Shown here in pieces: positions 30,022-40,042 of a stretch of 64,000 nt of DNA. Position numbers and translations under genes: made by a program. This DNA comes from Candidatus Dormiibacterota bacterium (GTDB taxonomy: Bacteria > Chloroflexota > Dormibacteria > Aeolococcales > Aeolococcaceae), in NCBI GenBank assembly GCA_963850385.1, contig CAWKKS010000001.1, positions 435,001 to 499,000 on the forward strand, written 5' to 3'. A model generated the notes under the pieces. It was given only the letters and a program-made list of their open reading frames with translations. It was not told where the DNA came from and did no database searches. Numbering within the stretch: position 1 is the stretch's first letter; each line of letters opens with the position of its first letter.

Positions 30022-30984
30022 TCAGGCGGGCTGGGCCACCTCCCCGGCCGCCGCCGCCAGCCGGTCCTCGGCACGGGCCATGGCCCAGTCGTAGACCGGC
30101 GAGACCTTCAGGCGTCGCGGCACGGCGGCCCGGCTGCGGCGGAGCCACGTCTGGATGGCACGGTGAGCGGCCCCATGGACGGCCGTCCAGCGGATCCCGT
30201 AGGCGCGGCGGGTCGAGGCCGGCAGCAGGCCGACGGTGGTGAAGGTCACCACCGCCCACGCCGGTCGCATGGCCGCAGAAGTCACCGGCGGGTTGAGGAC
30301 CGTCTCGGCGACCAGCCGCGAGCCGTCGCCCGGGACTGCTGAGCCGGCCCCCGCGACCAGCTGCGACGCAACGTAGGCGGTGAGCTCGGCGTGCGTCTCC
30401 CAGAGGGTTTCGGCCGGCACGCCCATGAGCGCGGCCACGGGGTGCCACTCACGCACGAAGCGGTCGCGCGCAGCCGTGTCCAGGGTGCCCACGAAGGCGT
30501 CGTGGGCCACGAGCATGGTGTCCACGAAGGTGGCGAGGACCCACCGCAACAGCTCCGGGTCGCGGCCGCTGTACGCAGACCCGGTGGGCACCGCGCGGGT
30601 GGCGTGGGAGGCACGGATCGAGCCCTCGACCGCCCCGTGCAGGCGGTTCACGTGCCGGCACGCCCGGCGCGCCTCCGCTGTGGTGCCGAAGCACACCACC
30701 GTCACCCACTCCACGGTTCGCTCGAACCTGCCGAACGGGTCGGTGCGGTATGTGCTGTGCTCGATGGCGCCCTCGGCCACCAGCGGGTGGGCGGCCTGCA
30801 TGAGCAGGGCCCGGCCGGCGCCCAGCATCAGCACCGGCTCAGCCATCACACGCCAGGTGACCGACCCCGGCCCGAACAGCCCCGGGTCCGGTGCGCGGTC
30901 ACTGATGGGCAGGCGCCGCCGCGACGAGGGCGCCAGCGTCCGCACTGCTGAGGTCACGTCGAAGATCGTGGGGATGCGCATCAC
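30022..30984 (-). CDS. MpaB/DUF2236-family oxygenase
   Basis: 'GPGSVTWRV…MLGAGRALLMQAAHPLVAEG' family signature. Confidence 0.6.
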   Translation of the reverse strand: MMRIPTIFDVTSAVRTLAPSSRRRLPISDRAPDPGLFGPGSVTWRVMAEPVLMLGAGRALLMQAAHPLVAEGAIEHSTYRTDPFGRFERTVEWVTVVCFGTTAEARRACRHVNRLHGAVEGSIRASHATRAVPTGSAYSGRDPELLRWVLATFVDTMLVAHDAFVGTLDTAARDRFVREWHPVAALMGVPAETLWETHAELTAYVASQLVAGAGSAVPGDGSRLVAETVLNPPVTSAAMRPAWAVVTFTTVGLLPASTRRAYGIRWTAVHGAAHRAIQTWLRRSRAAVPRRLKVSPVYDWAMARAEDRLAAAAGEVAQPA

Positions 30985-30996
30985 CCCAGCATAGGG

Positions 30997-31398
30997 TCAC
31001 TCGTACGTTGAACCGTTCACCTGGATCCAACCGCCCTCGTGCGAGCCGGTGGCGTGGTGGGTGTAGTGGATCACCGGGTGACCGGGATCGGGCTCGAACT
31101 GGCCGTGGATGACCACGATCGCGCCCGCGGTGACCGGGACCCGTTGGGCGAGGGCGAGGTTGTGGTCGACCTCGACGGTGACACCGTCGATGACGACGTC
31201 GAAGCGCTGATGTGGTCCGTCACCGGTGGCGGGCGCGTCGGGGAGCAGCACTGACACTGTGCCGCGCACCGTGACCTCCGCGGAGCTCATGGCGTGGTAT
31301 GCCGAGTCGAACGCGGCATTGTCGACCGCGTCGCCGCAGCCTGCCAGCGCACCGGCGAGCACCAGCAGTGCCAGCGAGGCGACCGGTCGGCGCGTCAC
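30997..31398 (-). CDS. DUF3465-like lipoprotein
   Basis: Lipobox 'LAGCG'; 'HQRFDVVI…HNLALAQRVP…HYTHHATGSHEGGW'. Confidence 0.5.
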   Translation of the reverse strand: MTRRPVASLALLVLAGALAGCGDAVDNAAFDSAYHAMSSAEVTVRGTVSVLLPDAPATGDGPHQRFDVVIDGVTVEVDHNLALAQRVPVTAGAIVVIHGQFEPDPGHPVIHYTHHATGSHEGGWIQVNGSTYE

Positions 31399-31450
31399 CC
31401 GCCCGAGTGTAGGACCGCCGCCTTGGGACCCTCAGCTACCATCGGGAGCC

Positions 31451-32170
31451 GTGCCCGAAGCTGACTCCGTCGAACGAATCCTGGTGGTGGTCGCGCACCC
31501 CGACGACTGCGACTTCGGCTGCGCGGGCAGCACGGCGCGCTGGACGGCGGAGGGGAGGACCGTCACCTACTGCATCGTCACCGATGGCGACGCCGGCGGC
31601 TCGGACCGCAGCGTGACCCGCGCGGAGGTGGCGCAGCTGCGCCGCCGCGAGCAGACGGCCGCCGCCGCCGCCGTGGGCGTCAGCGAGATCGCGTTTCTCG
31701 GGTACCCCGACGGCAGGGTCGAGCCCACCATCGAGCTGCGCCGCGACATCAGCCGGGTGATCCGTCAGCGCAGGCCCCAGCGCGTCGTGACCCAGTCGCC
31801 CGAGCGCAACTACCAGCGCATCTTCGCCAGCCACCCGGACCATCGCGCGGCAGGTGAGGCGGCGCTGTGCGCGGTGTACCCAGACTCGCGCAACCCCTTC
31901 GCCCACATGGAGCTGCTCGACAAGGAGGGCCTCGAGCCGCACACCGTGGACGAGGTCTACCTGATGGCCACCACGCAGGGGGACACCGTGGTCGACATCA
32001 CCGACACCATCGAGCGCAAGCTTGAGGCGCTGCGCTGCCACGCCAGCCAGTACGACAACTGGGACGACCTCTCCCAGCGGATCCGGGAATGGGCACGTCT
32101 CAACGCTGAGACCAACAGCCTCGGTGAGGGGCGCAGCGCCGAGAGCTTCCTGCGCGTTCCCACCGGCTGA
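31451..32170 (+). CDS. PIG-L/LmbE-family N-acetylglucosaminyl deacetylase
   Basis: GTG start; 'VVAHPDDCDFGCAG' and 'HPDH' metal-binding motifs. Confidence 0.7.
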   Translation: MPEADSVERILVVVAHPDDCDFGCAGSTARWTAEGRTVTYCIVTDGDAGGSDRSVTRAEVAQLRRREQTAAAAAVGVSEIAFLGYPDGRVEPTIELRRDISRVIRQRRPQRVVTQSPERNYQRIFASHPDHRAAGEAALCAVYPDSRNPFAHMELLDKEGLEPHTVDEVYLMATTQGDTVVDITDTIERKLEALRCHASQYDNWDDLSQRIREWARLNAETNSLGEGRSAESFLRVPTG

Positions 32171-32185
32171 CACGGAGGAAGCCAC

Positions 32186-32509
32186 ATGCAGCTGGCCACT
32201 CGCGCAGCCCTCGCCGGCGCCGCTGACACGGGACTGTTCCTCGCCCAGCGCGGCGAGATGTTCCGGCGCGCGCGGCCGCGTGCCTTCGGCAGCGCGGCGT
32301 TCGGCGGGCTGTGGCTGGCGCTGGCCGCGAGCTCGGCCGCAGAGCGTGGCCGGCCCGGCAACGCCACCGTGGGCCTGGCGGCGACGGTGGCAACAGCGAA
32401 CGCGGCGATGCTGGCCGTTCACCTGCGTCACCGGGTGCTCGGTCCGCGCGTCTTCGCCGGTGCCGCGCTCAGCGCGGTCGCCCTTGCCGACGTGCTGCGC
32501 AGGCGCTGA
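32186..32509 (+). CDS. small hypothetical membrane protein
   Basis: Preceded by an 'acggaggaagcc' Shine-Dalgarno-like sequence; two predicted TM helices. Confidence 0.35.
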   Translation: MQLATRAALAGAADTGLFLAQRGEMFRRARPRAFGSAAFGGLWLALAASSAAERGRPGNATVGLAATVATANAAMLAVHLRHRVLGPRVFAGAALSAVALADVLRRR

Positions 32510-32515
32510 GGGGAT

Positions 32516-33973
32516 TCAGGAGGGCGCGGCCACCTGGGCCACCGCACCCAGCGTGCAGCCCGCGCCGGGGGCGAGCGTGACCATGATGCGGTCTGTCCCC
32601 GGGTCCCACCGAACCGGCGCGGCGCATGTCCCGGTGACCTGAGGCGGACCCGTGGTGAGGGTTGGCCAGGCGATGGCAAGCTCTCCGCCGGGGGTCGATG
32701 CATCGACGGTCACGGTCAGCCTGCCGGCCACCCCGTCGGCCCCGCTGCTCCGCACGCCCGGCGGTGATGCCGCGAGGTAGGGGCGCGCAAGGTGCCTCAA
32801 CACTGTGAGGTCGGTGTGTCCCGCGGTGTCGCGTATGCCCCAGCCCGAGTCCTCACGCCATTGCCACCAGGCCCACCCGGCCCCGGCGGCGTCGAAGGCG
32901 TTCAGGGCATCGTCGATCCACGCGGTCGCCTTCGGTTGCGACGCCGACATGCCCCACTCACCCACCCACAGCGCCGCCGGGACGCGCGCTGCCTCGGCGG
33001 CAACCTGCGTGATGTGGCCGTCCAGCGCCCTATGGTCGCCGTCGAAGGTTGGTGGCACCAGCGAGCCTGTGTACTCGTGCGGTGAGTACACCAGGTTGGG
33101 TGCCTGGAGCGGCACCACGGTGGTGCCGAAGTCGCCGAAGAGCTGGCCCTCGACGATGAAGAGGTGGTTGGGGTCGACGGCGCCGATGGCATCGATGGTG
33201 CGCGCGTAGAGCGGCCACATGAAATCGCGTTCGAACCTGATCGGCGGAAGCGGGATGGCGTGCGGCTCGTTGTAGACGTCGTACCCGGCCACGCCGCTGT
33301 CGCCGCGCAGACGTGAGGCGAGCACCCGCCACGTCTGCATGAAGTCGGCCTGCCAGTCCGGGGAGAGCCAGAAGTACGTGGTGGCGGCGTTGACAGCCGG
33401 CGACAGGTGGCGTTGCCAATCCCCGAGCGATGCCCAGCGCAGGTCGGGCACGCCCGGGATCGCCGCCCACGCGGGCGCTCCCGAACCGCCGAACGCGGAG
33501 CTCCAGTCGAGGAAGTGCATGTCGACCACGACGTACAGGTGGTGGCGGTTGAGCATCTGCGCGGTGGCCGCGATGTCGTCGAGGTACGCCTGGTCCCACT
33601 TGCCGCGCTGCGGCTCGAGCCGGCCCCACGACACCGCCAGGCGCACCACGTCGAAACCATCGCTGGCCATCATGGTGGCGTCTGCGTCGTCGAGTGGCGA
33701 TCGCAGCACCGTCGGTTCCAGCAGCGTCGAGGTGTTGAACCCACGGAGCAGGACGGAGCGCCCGCCATCGTCCACGATGCGCCGCTCGCGCACCGACAGC
33801 CAGGGAAGCCCCCAGCTCGCCGGCGGGCGGTCGGCGGTCCCGACAGAGGTGCGCAGCGCGGCGACGGGCATGTCGAACCAGACCAGCGAGGCCACCACGG
33901 CGAGCACCACCGCCGCCGCGGCGCGCGGTCCGCGCGCTGCCTCGCCGCGGTGCCGCCTGAGCGATGACCTCAT
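32516..33973 (-). CDS. glycoside hydrolase family 5 (cellulase-like), secreted
   Basis: Signal peptide; 'YDVYNEPH' catalytic acid/base and 'GEWG' nucleophile motifs. Confidence 0.75.
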   Translation of the reverse strand: MRSSLRRHRGEAARGPRAAAAVVLAVVASLVWFDMPVAALRTSVGTADRPPASWGLPWLSVRERRIVDDGGRSVLLRGFNTSTLLEPTVLRSPLDDADATMMASDGFDVVRLAVSWGRLEPQRGKWDQAYLDDIAATAQMLNRHHLYVVVDMHFLDWSSAFGGSGAPAWAAIPGVPDLRWASLGDWQRHLSPAVNAATTYFWLSPDWQADFMQTWRVLASRLRGDSGVAGYDVYNEPHAIPLPPIRFERDFMWPLYARTIDAIGAVDPNHLFIVEGQLFGDFGTTVVPLQAPNLVYSPHEYTGSLVPPTFDGDHRALDGHITQVAAEAARVPAALWVGEWGMSASQPKATAWIDDALNAFDAAGAGWAWWQWREDSGWGIRDTAGHTDLTVLRHLARPYLAASPPGVRSSGADGVAGRLTVTVDASTPGGELAIAWPTLTTGPPQVTGTCAAPVRWDPGTDRIMVTLAPGAGCTLGAVAQVAAPS

Positions 33974-34016
33974 CCTCACGCCCGCATGGTCGCACCGCCG
34001 AGGCGACCGAGACGCC

Positions 34017-34045
34017 TTGCCAACAAAATAGTTAGCCTTTATAAT
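34017..34045 (+). promoter_or_regulatory. near-consensus sigma70-type promoter (TTGCCA-17-TATAAT) inside an AT-rich island; probable MarR autoregulatory region
   Basis: -35 TTGCCA at 34017-22, 17-nt spacer, perfect -10 TATAAT at 34040-45. The ATG of marR at 34057 implies a ~4-6-nt leader. The local ~25% GC is extreme for this genome. Confidence 0.5.
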
Positions 34046-34056
34046 TACATTCACAG

Positions 34057-34518
34057 ATGACAGTGGGAGCACAGCCTGACACGGCCCTCGACCCCGTGGC
34101 GGTGGCCAACGGCCTGCGCCCCGTGCTGCTGCACATCAACCGTCACCTCCGACGCGAGCTCCACGCGCTGGGGGTGAGCAACAGCCAGGTCTCGCTGCTG
34201 GCGGCGATCCAGGGTGCCCCGGGCATCGGGGTCGGTGACCTGGCCGCGCGAGAGGGGACCTCCGCCCCGTCCGTCTCCAACCACATCGACAGGCTCGAGG
34301 CCTCCGGCCTGGTGATGCGCAGCCGCGTGGACGGGGGCGACCGGCGCCGTGTCGGGCTCAACGTCACCGCCGATGGAGCCCGCGTGCTGCGCGCCGTCCG
34401 CTCCCGCCGCACCGCGTGGCTGGCGGCTCGCCTTCGTGATCTTCCCGACGAGCAGCTCCACGCCGTGGACCGGGCGATCGAGGGCCTCCGCGCCCTGGTG
34501 GAGCGACCCTCGGGGTGA
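34057..34518 (+). CDS. MarR-family transcriptional regulator
   Basis: wHTH 'SQVSLLAAIQGAPGIGVGDLAAREGTSAPSVSNHIDRLEASGLVMRSRV'. Confidence 0.8.
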   Translation: MTVGAQPDTALDPVAVANGLRPVLLHINRHLRRELHALGVSNSQVSLLAAIQGAPGIGVGDLAAREGTSAPSVSNHIDRLEASGLVMRSRVDGGDRRRVGLNVTADGARVLRAVRSRRTAWLAARLRDLPDEQLHAVDRAIEGLRALVERPSG

Positions 34519-35840
34519 GCATGGCCAGCGCGTCGTCGCGCACCTTCGCCTCGCTACGGCGCCACCGCAACTACCGCCTGTACTTCGGTGGCCAGGTCGT
34601 GTCGCTCAGTGGCACCTGGATGCAGAACGTCGCCCAGGCCTGGCTCGTCCTCCAGCTCACCCGCGGCTCGGCGTTCGCGGTCGGCGCCCTGGCCGTCTGC
34701 CAGTTCGGCCCCTACGGCCTGTTCGGCCTCTTCGGCGGCTCACTTGCCGACCGGCTCAACGGCCGCAGGGCACTGGTGTTCACACAGTCGGCACTGATGT
34801 GCGCCGCGGCGGCGCTGGCCGGGCTGGCGCTCACCCACAGTGCCCAGGTGTGGGAGGTGTTCCTGCTGGCGACAGCGAGTGGCGCGGTGCTCATCATCGA
34901 CACCCCCGTGCGGCAGGCGTTCACGATCCAGATGGTGGGGAGGCCGGAGCTGCCCAACGCCATCGCCCTCAACTCCAGCCTGTTCAACGCGTCGCGCATC
35001 TTCGGTCCGGCGGTCGCGGGGTTGCTCATCGCCACCGCCGGCGTCGGCGTGTGCTTCCTCATCAACGCAGTGAGCTACGTCGCGGTGGTGGTCGCCCTGC
35101 TGATGATGCGCGAGCAGGAGCTGTTCGCGGTGAACCGCGGCGGGTGCGCGCGCCCCCGACTGTTGCGCGGTGTCGGCGAGGGGCTGGTCTACGCCTGGCG
35201 CACGCCGACCATCCGCCTCGTCCTGCTGCTCATGCTGGTGATCTCCACCTTTGCGATCAACTTCAACGTCCTGCTGCCCGTGCTGACCGCGCAGACGCTG
35301 GCCTCGGGGCCCGAGGTCTTCGGGCTGCTGAGCGCGAGCTTCGGCGTGGGCGCGCTGGCCGGGGCTCTGGTGTCCGCGTCCCTGTCGCGCGCCAGCCTGG
35401 CGCTGGTGCTCGGTGGCGGGTTGGGGTTCGGCGCATCACTGCTGCTGCTCGCGCCCCAACACACCGTCGTTGGCGCCTGCCTCGTGCTCGTGCTCACAGG
35501 GGCGACCTTCTCGCTCTACGCCTCGCAGAGCAACTCGTCGCTGCAGATGGTCGTCCCCGACCGGCTGCGCGGGCGCGTCCTCTCCTTGTACGGCTACGTC
35601 TTCTTCGGCACCGCACCGCTGGGTGGTCTCCTCACCGGGTGGGTGTGCGGGCGAACTCGGCACCACCTTCTTCCTGCTCATGGTCGGGGGCGTGAGCGTC
35701 CTCACGGCTGCCGCCGGTGTGGTCGCTGTGCGCGCGAACCGCACCGCGCTGCCGGTGCGATCGCGAACCGGACTGGGTGGCTCCGACCCGGCCGCGGTGG
35801 CGACGCGCGAATGACGCCCCCGTCGCGCGGCCCGGCATGA
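34515..35840 (+). CDS. MFS transporter (apparent frameshift near codon ~378)
   Basis: 12–14 TM helices. After '…LLTGWVC' the frame turns into Arg/His-rich nonsense, while the +1 frame continues with a typical last TM '[22 protein letters not shown]…' and ends at 35814. Confidence 0.65.
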   Translation: MSMASASSRTFASLRRHRNYRLYFGGQVVSLSGTWMQNVAQAWLVLQLTRGSAFAVGALAVCQFGPYGLFGLFGGSLADRLNGRRALVFTQSALMCAAAALAGLALTHSAQVWEVFLLATASGAVLIIDTPVRQAFTIQMVGRPELPNAIALNSSLFNASRIFGPAVAGLLIATAGVGVCFLINAVSYVAVVVALLMMREQELFAVNRGGCARPRLLRGVGEGLVYAWRTPTIRLVLLLMLVISTFAINFNVLLPVLTAQTLASGPEVFGLLSASFGVGALAGALVSASLSRASLALVLGGGLGFGASLLLLAPQHTVVGACLVLVLTGATFSLYASQSNSSLQMVVPDRLRGRVLSLYGYVFFGTAPLGGLLTGWVCGRTRHHLLPAHGRGRERPHGCRRCGRCAREPHRAAGAIANRTGWLRPGRGGDARMTPPSRGPA

Positions 35841-36001
35841 CACGCCCGCGGGTGGTCATCGTCGGCGCTGGGTCCGGCGGTCTCAGCGCGGCGCGAGGCC
35901 TGCGCCGCGCCGATACCGAGGTGCTGGTGATCGAGGCACAGCTACTTACCGAGGTGCGACCGGAGCGCACCCACCAACCGACAACGGAGGAATCGCGATG
36001 A
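35838..36001 (+). pseudogene. 54-codon remnant of an FAD/NAD(P)-binding oxidoreductase N-terminus
   Basis: '[34 protein letters not shown]' is a GxGxxG Rossmann start that degenerates after ~35 aa. Its stop overlaps the AKR ATG (ATGA). Confidence 0.35.
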
Positions 36002-36981
36002 GGCGCCGCAAGCTTGGACAGCTGGAGGTGTCCGCCATAGGGCTTGGCTGCATGGGGATGTCCGACTTCTACGGCAGCGCCGCCGACCGCAGCGAGAGCG
36101 AGGCACTGGCCACCATCCACCGCGCGCTCGACCTGGGCGTCGACCTCCTGGACACAGCCGACATGTACGGACCCTTCACCAACGAGGAGCTGGTGGGAAA
36201 GGCGATCGCCGGTCGCCGCGACAGCGTTGTCCTGGCCACCAAGTTCGGGTTCGAGCGTGGCGCCGACGGCTCGCAGTCGATCAACGGCTCGCCGGAGTAC
36301 GTGCGGCGTGCGTGTGACGCCAGCCTGCGACGGCTGGGCACCGACCACATCGACCTCTACTACCAGCATCGCGTCGACGCCAACGTCCCCATCGAGGAGA
36401 CGGTGGGGGCGATGGGTGAGCTCGTCGTCGAAGGCAAGGTGCGCTACATCGGCCTCTCCGAGGCGGCACCCGGCACGATCAGACGGGCGCACGCGGTGCA
36501 CCCGCTGACGGCCGTGCAGAGCGAGTACTCACTCTTCGCCCGCGACCTCGACGATGAGGTGATCCCGACGCTGCGCGATCTTGGCATCGGCCTGGTGGCG
36601 TACAGCCCGCTGGGCCGTGGGCTGCTCACCGGTGTCATCGTCGACGCCAACTCGTTGCCCGCTGATGACATCCGACGCGCACGCTTCCCGCGATTCGCCG
36701 AGGAGAACCTCGACGCCAACATCGCCCTGGCGCAGCGCGTCGGCGAGCTGGCGGTGGCGCGCGGGGTCACCCCGGCGCAGCTGGCGCTGGCCTGGGTGCT
36801 GCGTCGCGGCGATGACCTCGTCCCCATCCCGGGCACCAAGCGCGTGTCACGCGTGGAGGAGAACGTCGCCGCCGCCGACCTCGACCTCACCGACGACGAG
36901 ATGACGCAGCTCGCCGCGGCCGTGCCGCCCGCGGCGGTGAAAGGCCAGCGCCACTGGAACATGGCCGCTGTGAACCTGTAG
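35998..36981 (+). CDS. aldo/keto reductase
   Basis: '[17 protein letters not shown]…[10 protein letters not shown]…' AKR signatures; 327 aa. Confidence 0.85.
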   Translation: MRRRKLGQLEVSAIGLGCMGMSDFYGSAADRSESEALATIHRALDLGVDLLDTADMYGPFTNEELVGKAIAGRRDSVVLATKFGFERGADGSQSINGSPEYVRRACDASLRRLGTDHIDLYYQHRVDANVPIEETVGAMGELVVEGKVRYIGLSEAAPGTIRRAHAVHPLTAVQSEYSLFARDLDDEVIPTLRDLGIGLVAYSPLGRGLLTGVIVDANSLPADDIRRARFPRFAEENLDANIALAQRVGELAVARGVTPAQLALAWVLRRGDDLVPIPGTKRVSRVEENVAAADLDLTDDEMTQLAAAVPPAAVKGQRHWNMAAVNL

Positions 36982-37002
36982 GAGCCGGTCATCCCTTCGG
37001 CC

Positions 37003-38298
37003 ATGGCAGGCGGAGTGCGCCGCCACGCACCTCGAGGCTGGCGCGTCACCGGCGCCGTCGTTCTCAGCGTGGCGGTGACTGCGTGCGCGGGCACGCCCGC
37101 CGTCTCGAGCCCGTCCGGCGCCTCGAGCCCGTCCGGCGCGGCCACCCCGTCCGTGGAGGCCACTCCGCAACCGCTGTCGCTCCGCCTCGCGCTCGGTCAG
37201 ATGTTCGCAGCCTCGCTGTCCGGGACCGTCATCACCGACGGTCTGCGCCACCTCATCCTCGACGACAAGGTGGGCACCGTCCTGCTGTTCCGAGCCAACT
37301 TCGTCAACTCAGCCGGCCTGCGGCGCTGGACGGCACAGCTGCAGTCACTGGGGCGCGAGGCCGGCCTGCCCGCACCGCTCATGGTGACCACCGATGAGGA
37401 GGGTGGCACTGTCGACCAGGTCACCGACGGGTTGCGCCTGCTTCCCTCCGCGCAGGTCCTGGGCGCCCAGGGTGCACCGGGCGTGCGTCGCAACGTGGCG
37501 CAGATGGCCGGTGGGTTGCGCGCTGACGGGGTGGGGCTGGACCTGGCGCCGGTGGCCGACCTGCGCACCAACCCCGCCGACGGGGTCATCGGCAGCAGGT
37601 CGTTCGGGGCCGATGCGACCGTGGTCGGACCCCTGGTGGCGGCATACGTCCACGGACTGCACGACGCCGGCGTCGGGGCCACGCTGAAGCATTTCCCCGG
37701 GCTGGGCGGCGCCGGGGGAGACCCGCACACCGCCGTGGTCACCGACCCGGTGACGCCGGCCCAATGGGGCGCGACCACGGCGCGGAGCTTCGCGGCCGGC
37801 ATTGCGGCGGGTGCCGACGCGGTCATGACCACGTCGCTGCGCGTTCCCAACCTCGACGCCGCCGACCGTCCGGCGCTGCTGTCCCCGGTGGTCGTCGGCC
37901 TGCTGCGCGACGTCCTCCACTTCGACGGTGTCATCGTCACGGATTCACTGAGCATGACCGCAGTCGGAGAGCCGATGCCGCGCGCCGCGCTCGATGCGGC
38001 GTCGGCTGGGAATGACCTGCTGCTGATGTCGTCAGGCAGCACAGCGCTGGAGGACCAGGCGTACCAGCTGGTCCTCGCCGCCGTGCAGCGCGGTGTCATC
38101 CCGATGGCGCAGGTGCAGGCCTCGGCGCGACGCGTCCTCGCGCTGCACCTGCGCTACCCGGTGGCCGTGCCCGCCACGACGGCATGGGAACTGTCGCCCG
38201 GCTCGGCAAATGCGCTACGCCGCAACCGCGTCGTGAAACGCCTGGCTTACGGACCCGCCGCGCCCGATGCCGACGCCGCTGTCTCGTCGCGCCGGTGA
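37003..38298 (+). CDS. glycoside hydrolase family 3 (NagZ/LpqI-like beta-N-acetylhexosaminidase) lipoprotein
   Basis: Lipobox 'AVTACAG'; GH3 N-domain 'KHFPGLGG…D' motifs. Confidence 0.8.
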   Translation: MAGGVRRHAPRGWRVTGAVVLSVAVTACAGTPAVSSPSGASSPSGAATPSVEATPQPLSLRLALGQMFAASLSGTVITDGLRHLILDDKVGTVLLFRANFVNSAGLRRWTAQLQSLGREAGLPAPLMVTTDEEGGTVDQVTDGLRLLPSAQVLGAQGAPGVRRNVAQMAGGLRADGVGLDLAPVADLRTNPADGVIGSRSFGADATVVGPLVAAYVHGLHDAGVGATLKHFPGLGGAGGDPHTAVVTDPVTPAQWGATTARSFAAGIAAGADAVMTTSLRVPNLDAADRPALLSPVVVGLLRDVLHFDGVIVTDSLSMTAVGEPMPRAALDAASAGNDLLLMSSGSTALEDQAYQLVLAAVQRGVIPMAQVQASARRVLALHLRYPVAVPATTAWELSPGSANALRRNRVVKRLAYGPAAPDADAAVSSRR

Positions 38299-39860
38299 GG
38301 CATCCTCCGCGCCGGGCGGGAGACCAGGGTGTACGCCGCGCCGATCACGGCGATCAGCACCACGATGAGCAACGTCATCCAGTCGTAGTTGAAGAACGCC
38401 GCGCGCGGGCTGGTGATCCCCGACGGCAGCAGGATGTTGAAGAGCATGACCGCGAGCCACACGATGCCGGCGATCAGGATGGGGTACGCCCAGGCGCCAA
38501 GCCGGAACGCGCCCTGGGGAGTCCAGCCTCGGAGCCTGCCGATCAGTGCCGCGATCAGCACCAGCAGGAACGACAGGTAGATGCCCGACACCGCAAACGA
38601 GACCAGCAGGAAGAGGGCGTTGACGTTGGCCGGGATGGTGATGAAGCCGATGCTGATGTTGCTGCTCGGGGTGAACCGCGCGAGCAGCGCGAAGAGGGCC
38701 GGGATGATCGCGGCAACCACCAGAGCGTTGACCGGGGTGCGGAACCGCGGCGAGACGCGCGCCAGGGCCGAGCTGGCCGGCAGTGCGCGGTCGCGGGCAT
38801 AGGAGAAGATCAGCCGCGCCGCCGCGGCCTGGATGGCCAGCCCGCAGCTGAAGAACGCGAAGCAGACGACCAGCAGGGCGATGTCCTGGATGGCTTGTGA
38901 TGACACGTTGCTGCTGATCAGGAAGGGCACGCCGCCCGCCACGGTGTCCTTCAACCCGCTGGACGCGGCGGGCGTGGCCAGGATCAACGCCGCCACGAGG
39001 ATGAAGCTGGTGAGCCCGGCGACCAGGACGGAGGAGATGATCGCTCGCGGCACCCGGCGTGATGACTGCACCACCTCTTCGGCCACGTCGCCGGCCGACT
39101 CGAAGCCGTAGAAGATGTAGACGTGGGCGAGGACCGCCACGAAGGCGGCGCCCACCCACCAGTGGCCGCCGAAGTCAGCCCCAAGCGCGTTGCTCGATGC
39201 AACCTCGGCGCCCTGGGTGGAGAAGAGGAAGTCGAGGCCATGGTGGAAGCCGGCGATCGCCAGCAGGATGGCGATCCCGAAGGTTCCCAGCAGCTCGACG
39301 TACACGCCGATCTGTGAGATGCGGCCGAGGAAGTTGACCCCGACGATGTTGAAGACCAGCTGCAGGGCGATCAGCACCAGCGTGCAGATGAAGATCTGGT
39401 TGGGATCCGTGGGCACGATGCTGGTGTGGAAGAGGTTGTTGAGCAGCGGGCCGGCGTAGATGACCAGCCCGGTGTCCACCGACGCGACGGTCATGATCAG
39501 GGCCCACCCGTAGAACCAGCCCACCCACCAGCCGTACCGCGATCCGACCAGGTTCTTGGCCCATTGGAAGAGCGCGCCCGCGATCGGGAAGTGGCTGCCC
39601 AGCTCGGCGAAGGTCAGCGCCACGAACACCTGGCCGAGCACGACGATCGGCATCAGCCAGAGGTAACGCGGTCCGCCGCTCCCCAATCCGAGCACGAACA
39701 GCGAGTAGATGCCGACGACGGGCGAGATGTAGCAGAACGCGATCGCGAAGTTCTCGAAGAGGTTGAGAGCCCGCCTCAGCTCCTGCCGGTAGCCGAATTG
39801 AGCGAGGCGGTCGGCGTCAGCGGTGGCGCCGGGTTCGGTGGGCAGGCCGCCTGTGGTCAT
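38247..39860 (-). CDS. APC-family amino acid permease
   Basis: 12 TM helices; 'FAIAFCYISPVVGIYS…' amino-acid-permease motifs. Confidence 0.8.
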   Translation of the reverse strand: MTTGGLPTEPGATADADRLAQFGYRQELRRALNLFENFAIAFCYISPVVGIYSLFVLGLGSGGPRYLWLMPIVVLGQVFVALTFAELGSHFPIAGALFQWAKNLVGSRYGWWVGWFYGWALIMTVASVDTGLVIYAGPLLNNLFHTSIVPTDPNQIFICTLVLIALQLVFNIVGVNFLGRISQIGVYVELLGTFGIAILLAIAGFHHGLDFLFSTQGAEVASSNALGADFGGHWWVGAAFVAVLAHVYIFYGFESAGDVAEEVVQSSRRVPRAIISSVLVAGLTSFILVAALILATPAASSGLKDTVAGGVPFLISSNVSSQAIQDIALLVVCFAFFSCGLAIQAAAARLIFSYARDRALPASSALARVSPRFRTPVNALVVAAIIPALFALLARFTPSSNISIGFITIPANVNALFLLVSFAVSGIYLSFLLVLIAALIGRLRGWTPQGAFRLGAWAYPILIAGIVWLAVMLFNILLPSGITSPRAAFFNYDWMTLLIVVLIAVIGAAYTLVSRPARRMPHRRDETAASASGAAGP

Positions 39861-40042
39861 CGTCCTCTCCCCGTGGGTCGAGCGCGGGGCGCGCTGCGGC
39901 AGCGAGTATCCGGCGATCCGATGCCCTTCTACAAGGGGCTGGCGCGCGGGCCGATGATCACCCGTCGATCAGGGCTCCGCAGTCGTCGCTTGTCACCGGT
40001 GTCCGCTGGATGTCCGTGCAAGCCGATTAGCGTCGAGCGACC

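Noticed and set aside
39861-40042. Possible riboswitch or leader in the 182-bp divergent region upstream of the amino-acid permease
   Set aside because: No recognisable conserved riboswitch core (glycine/lysine/SAM motifs) could be identified by eye. Left uncalled.
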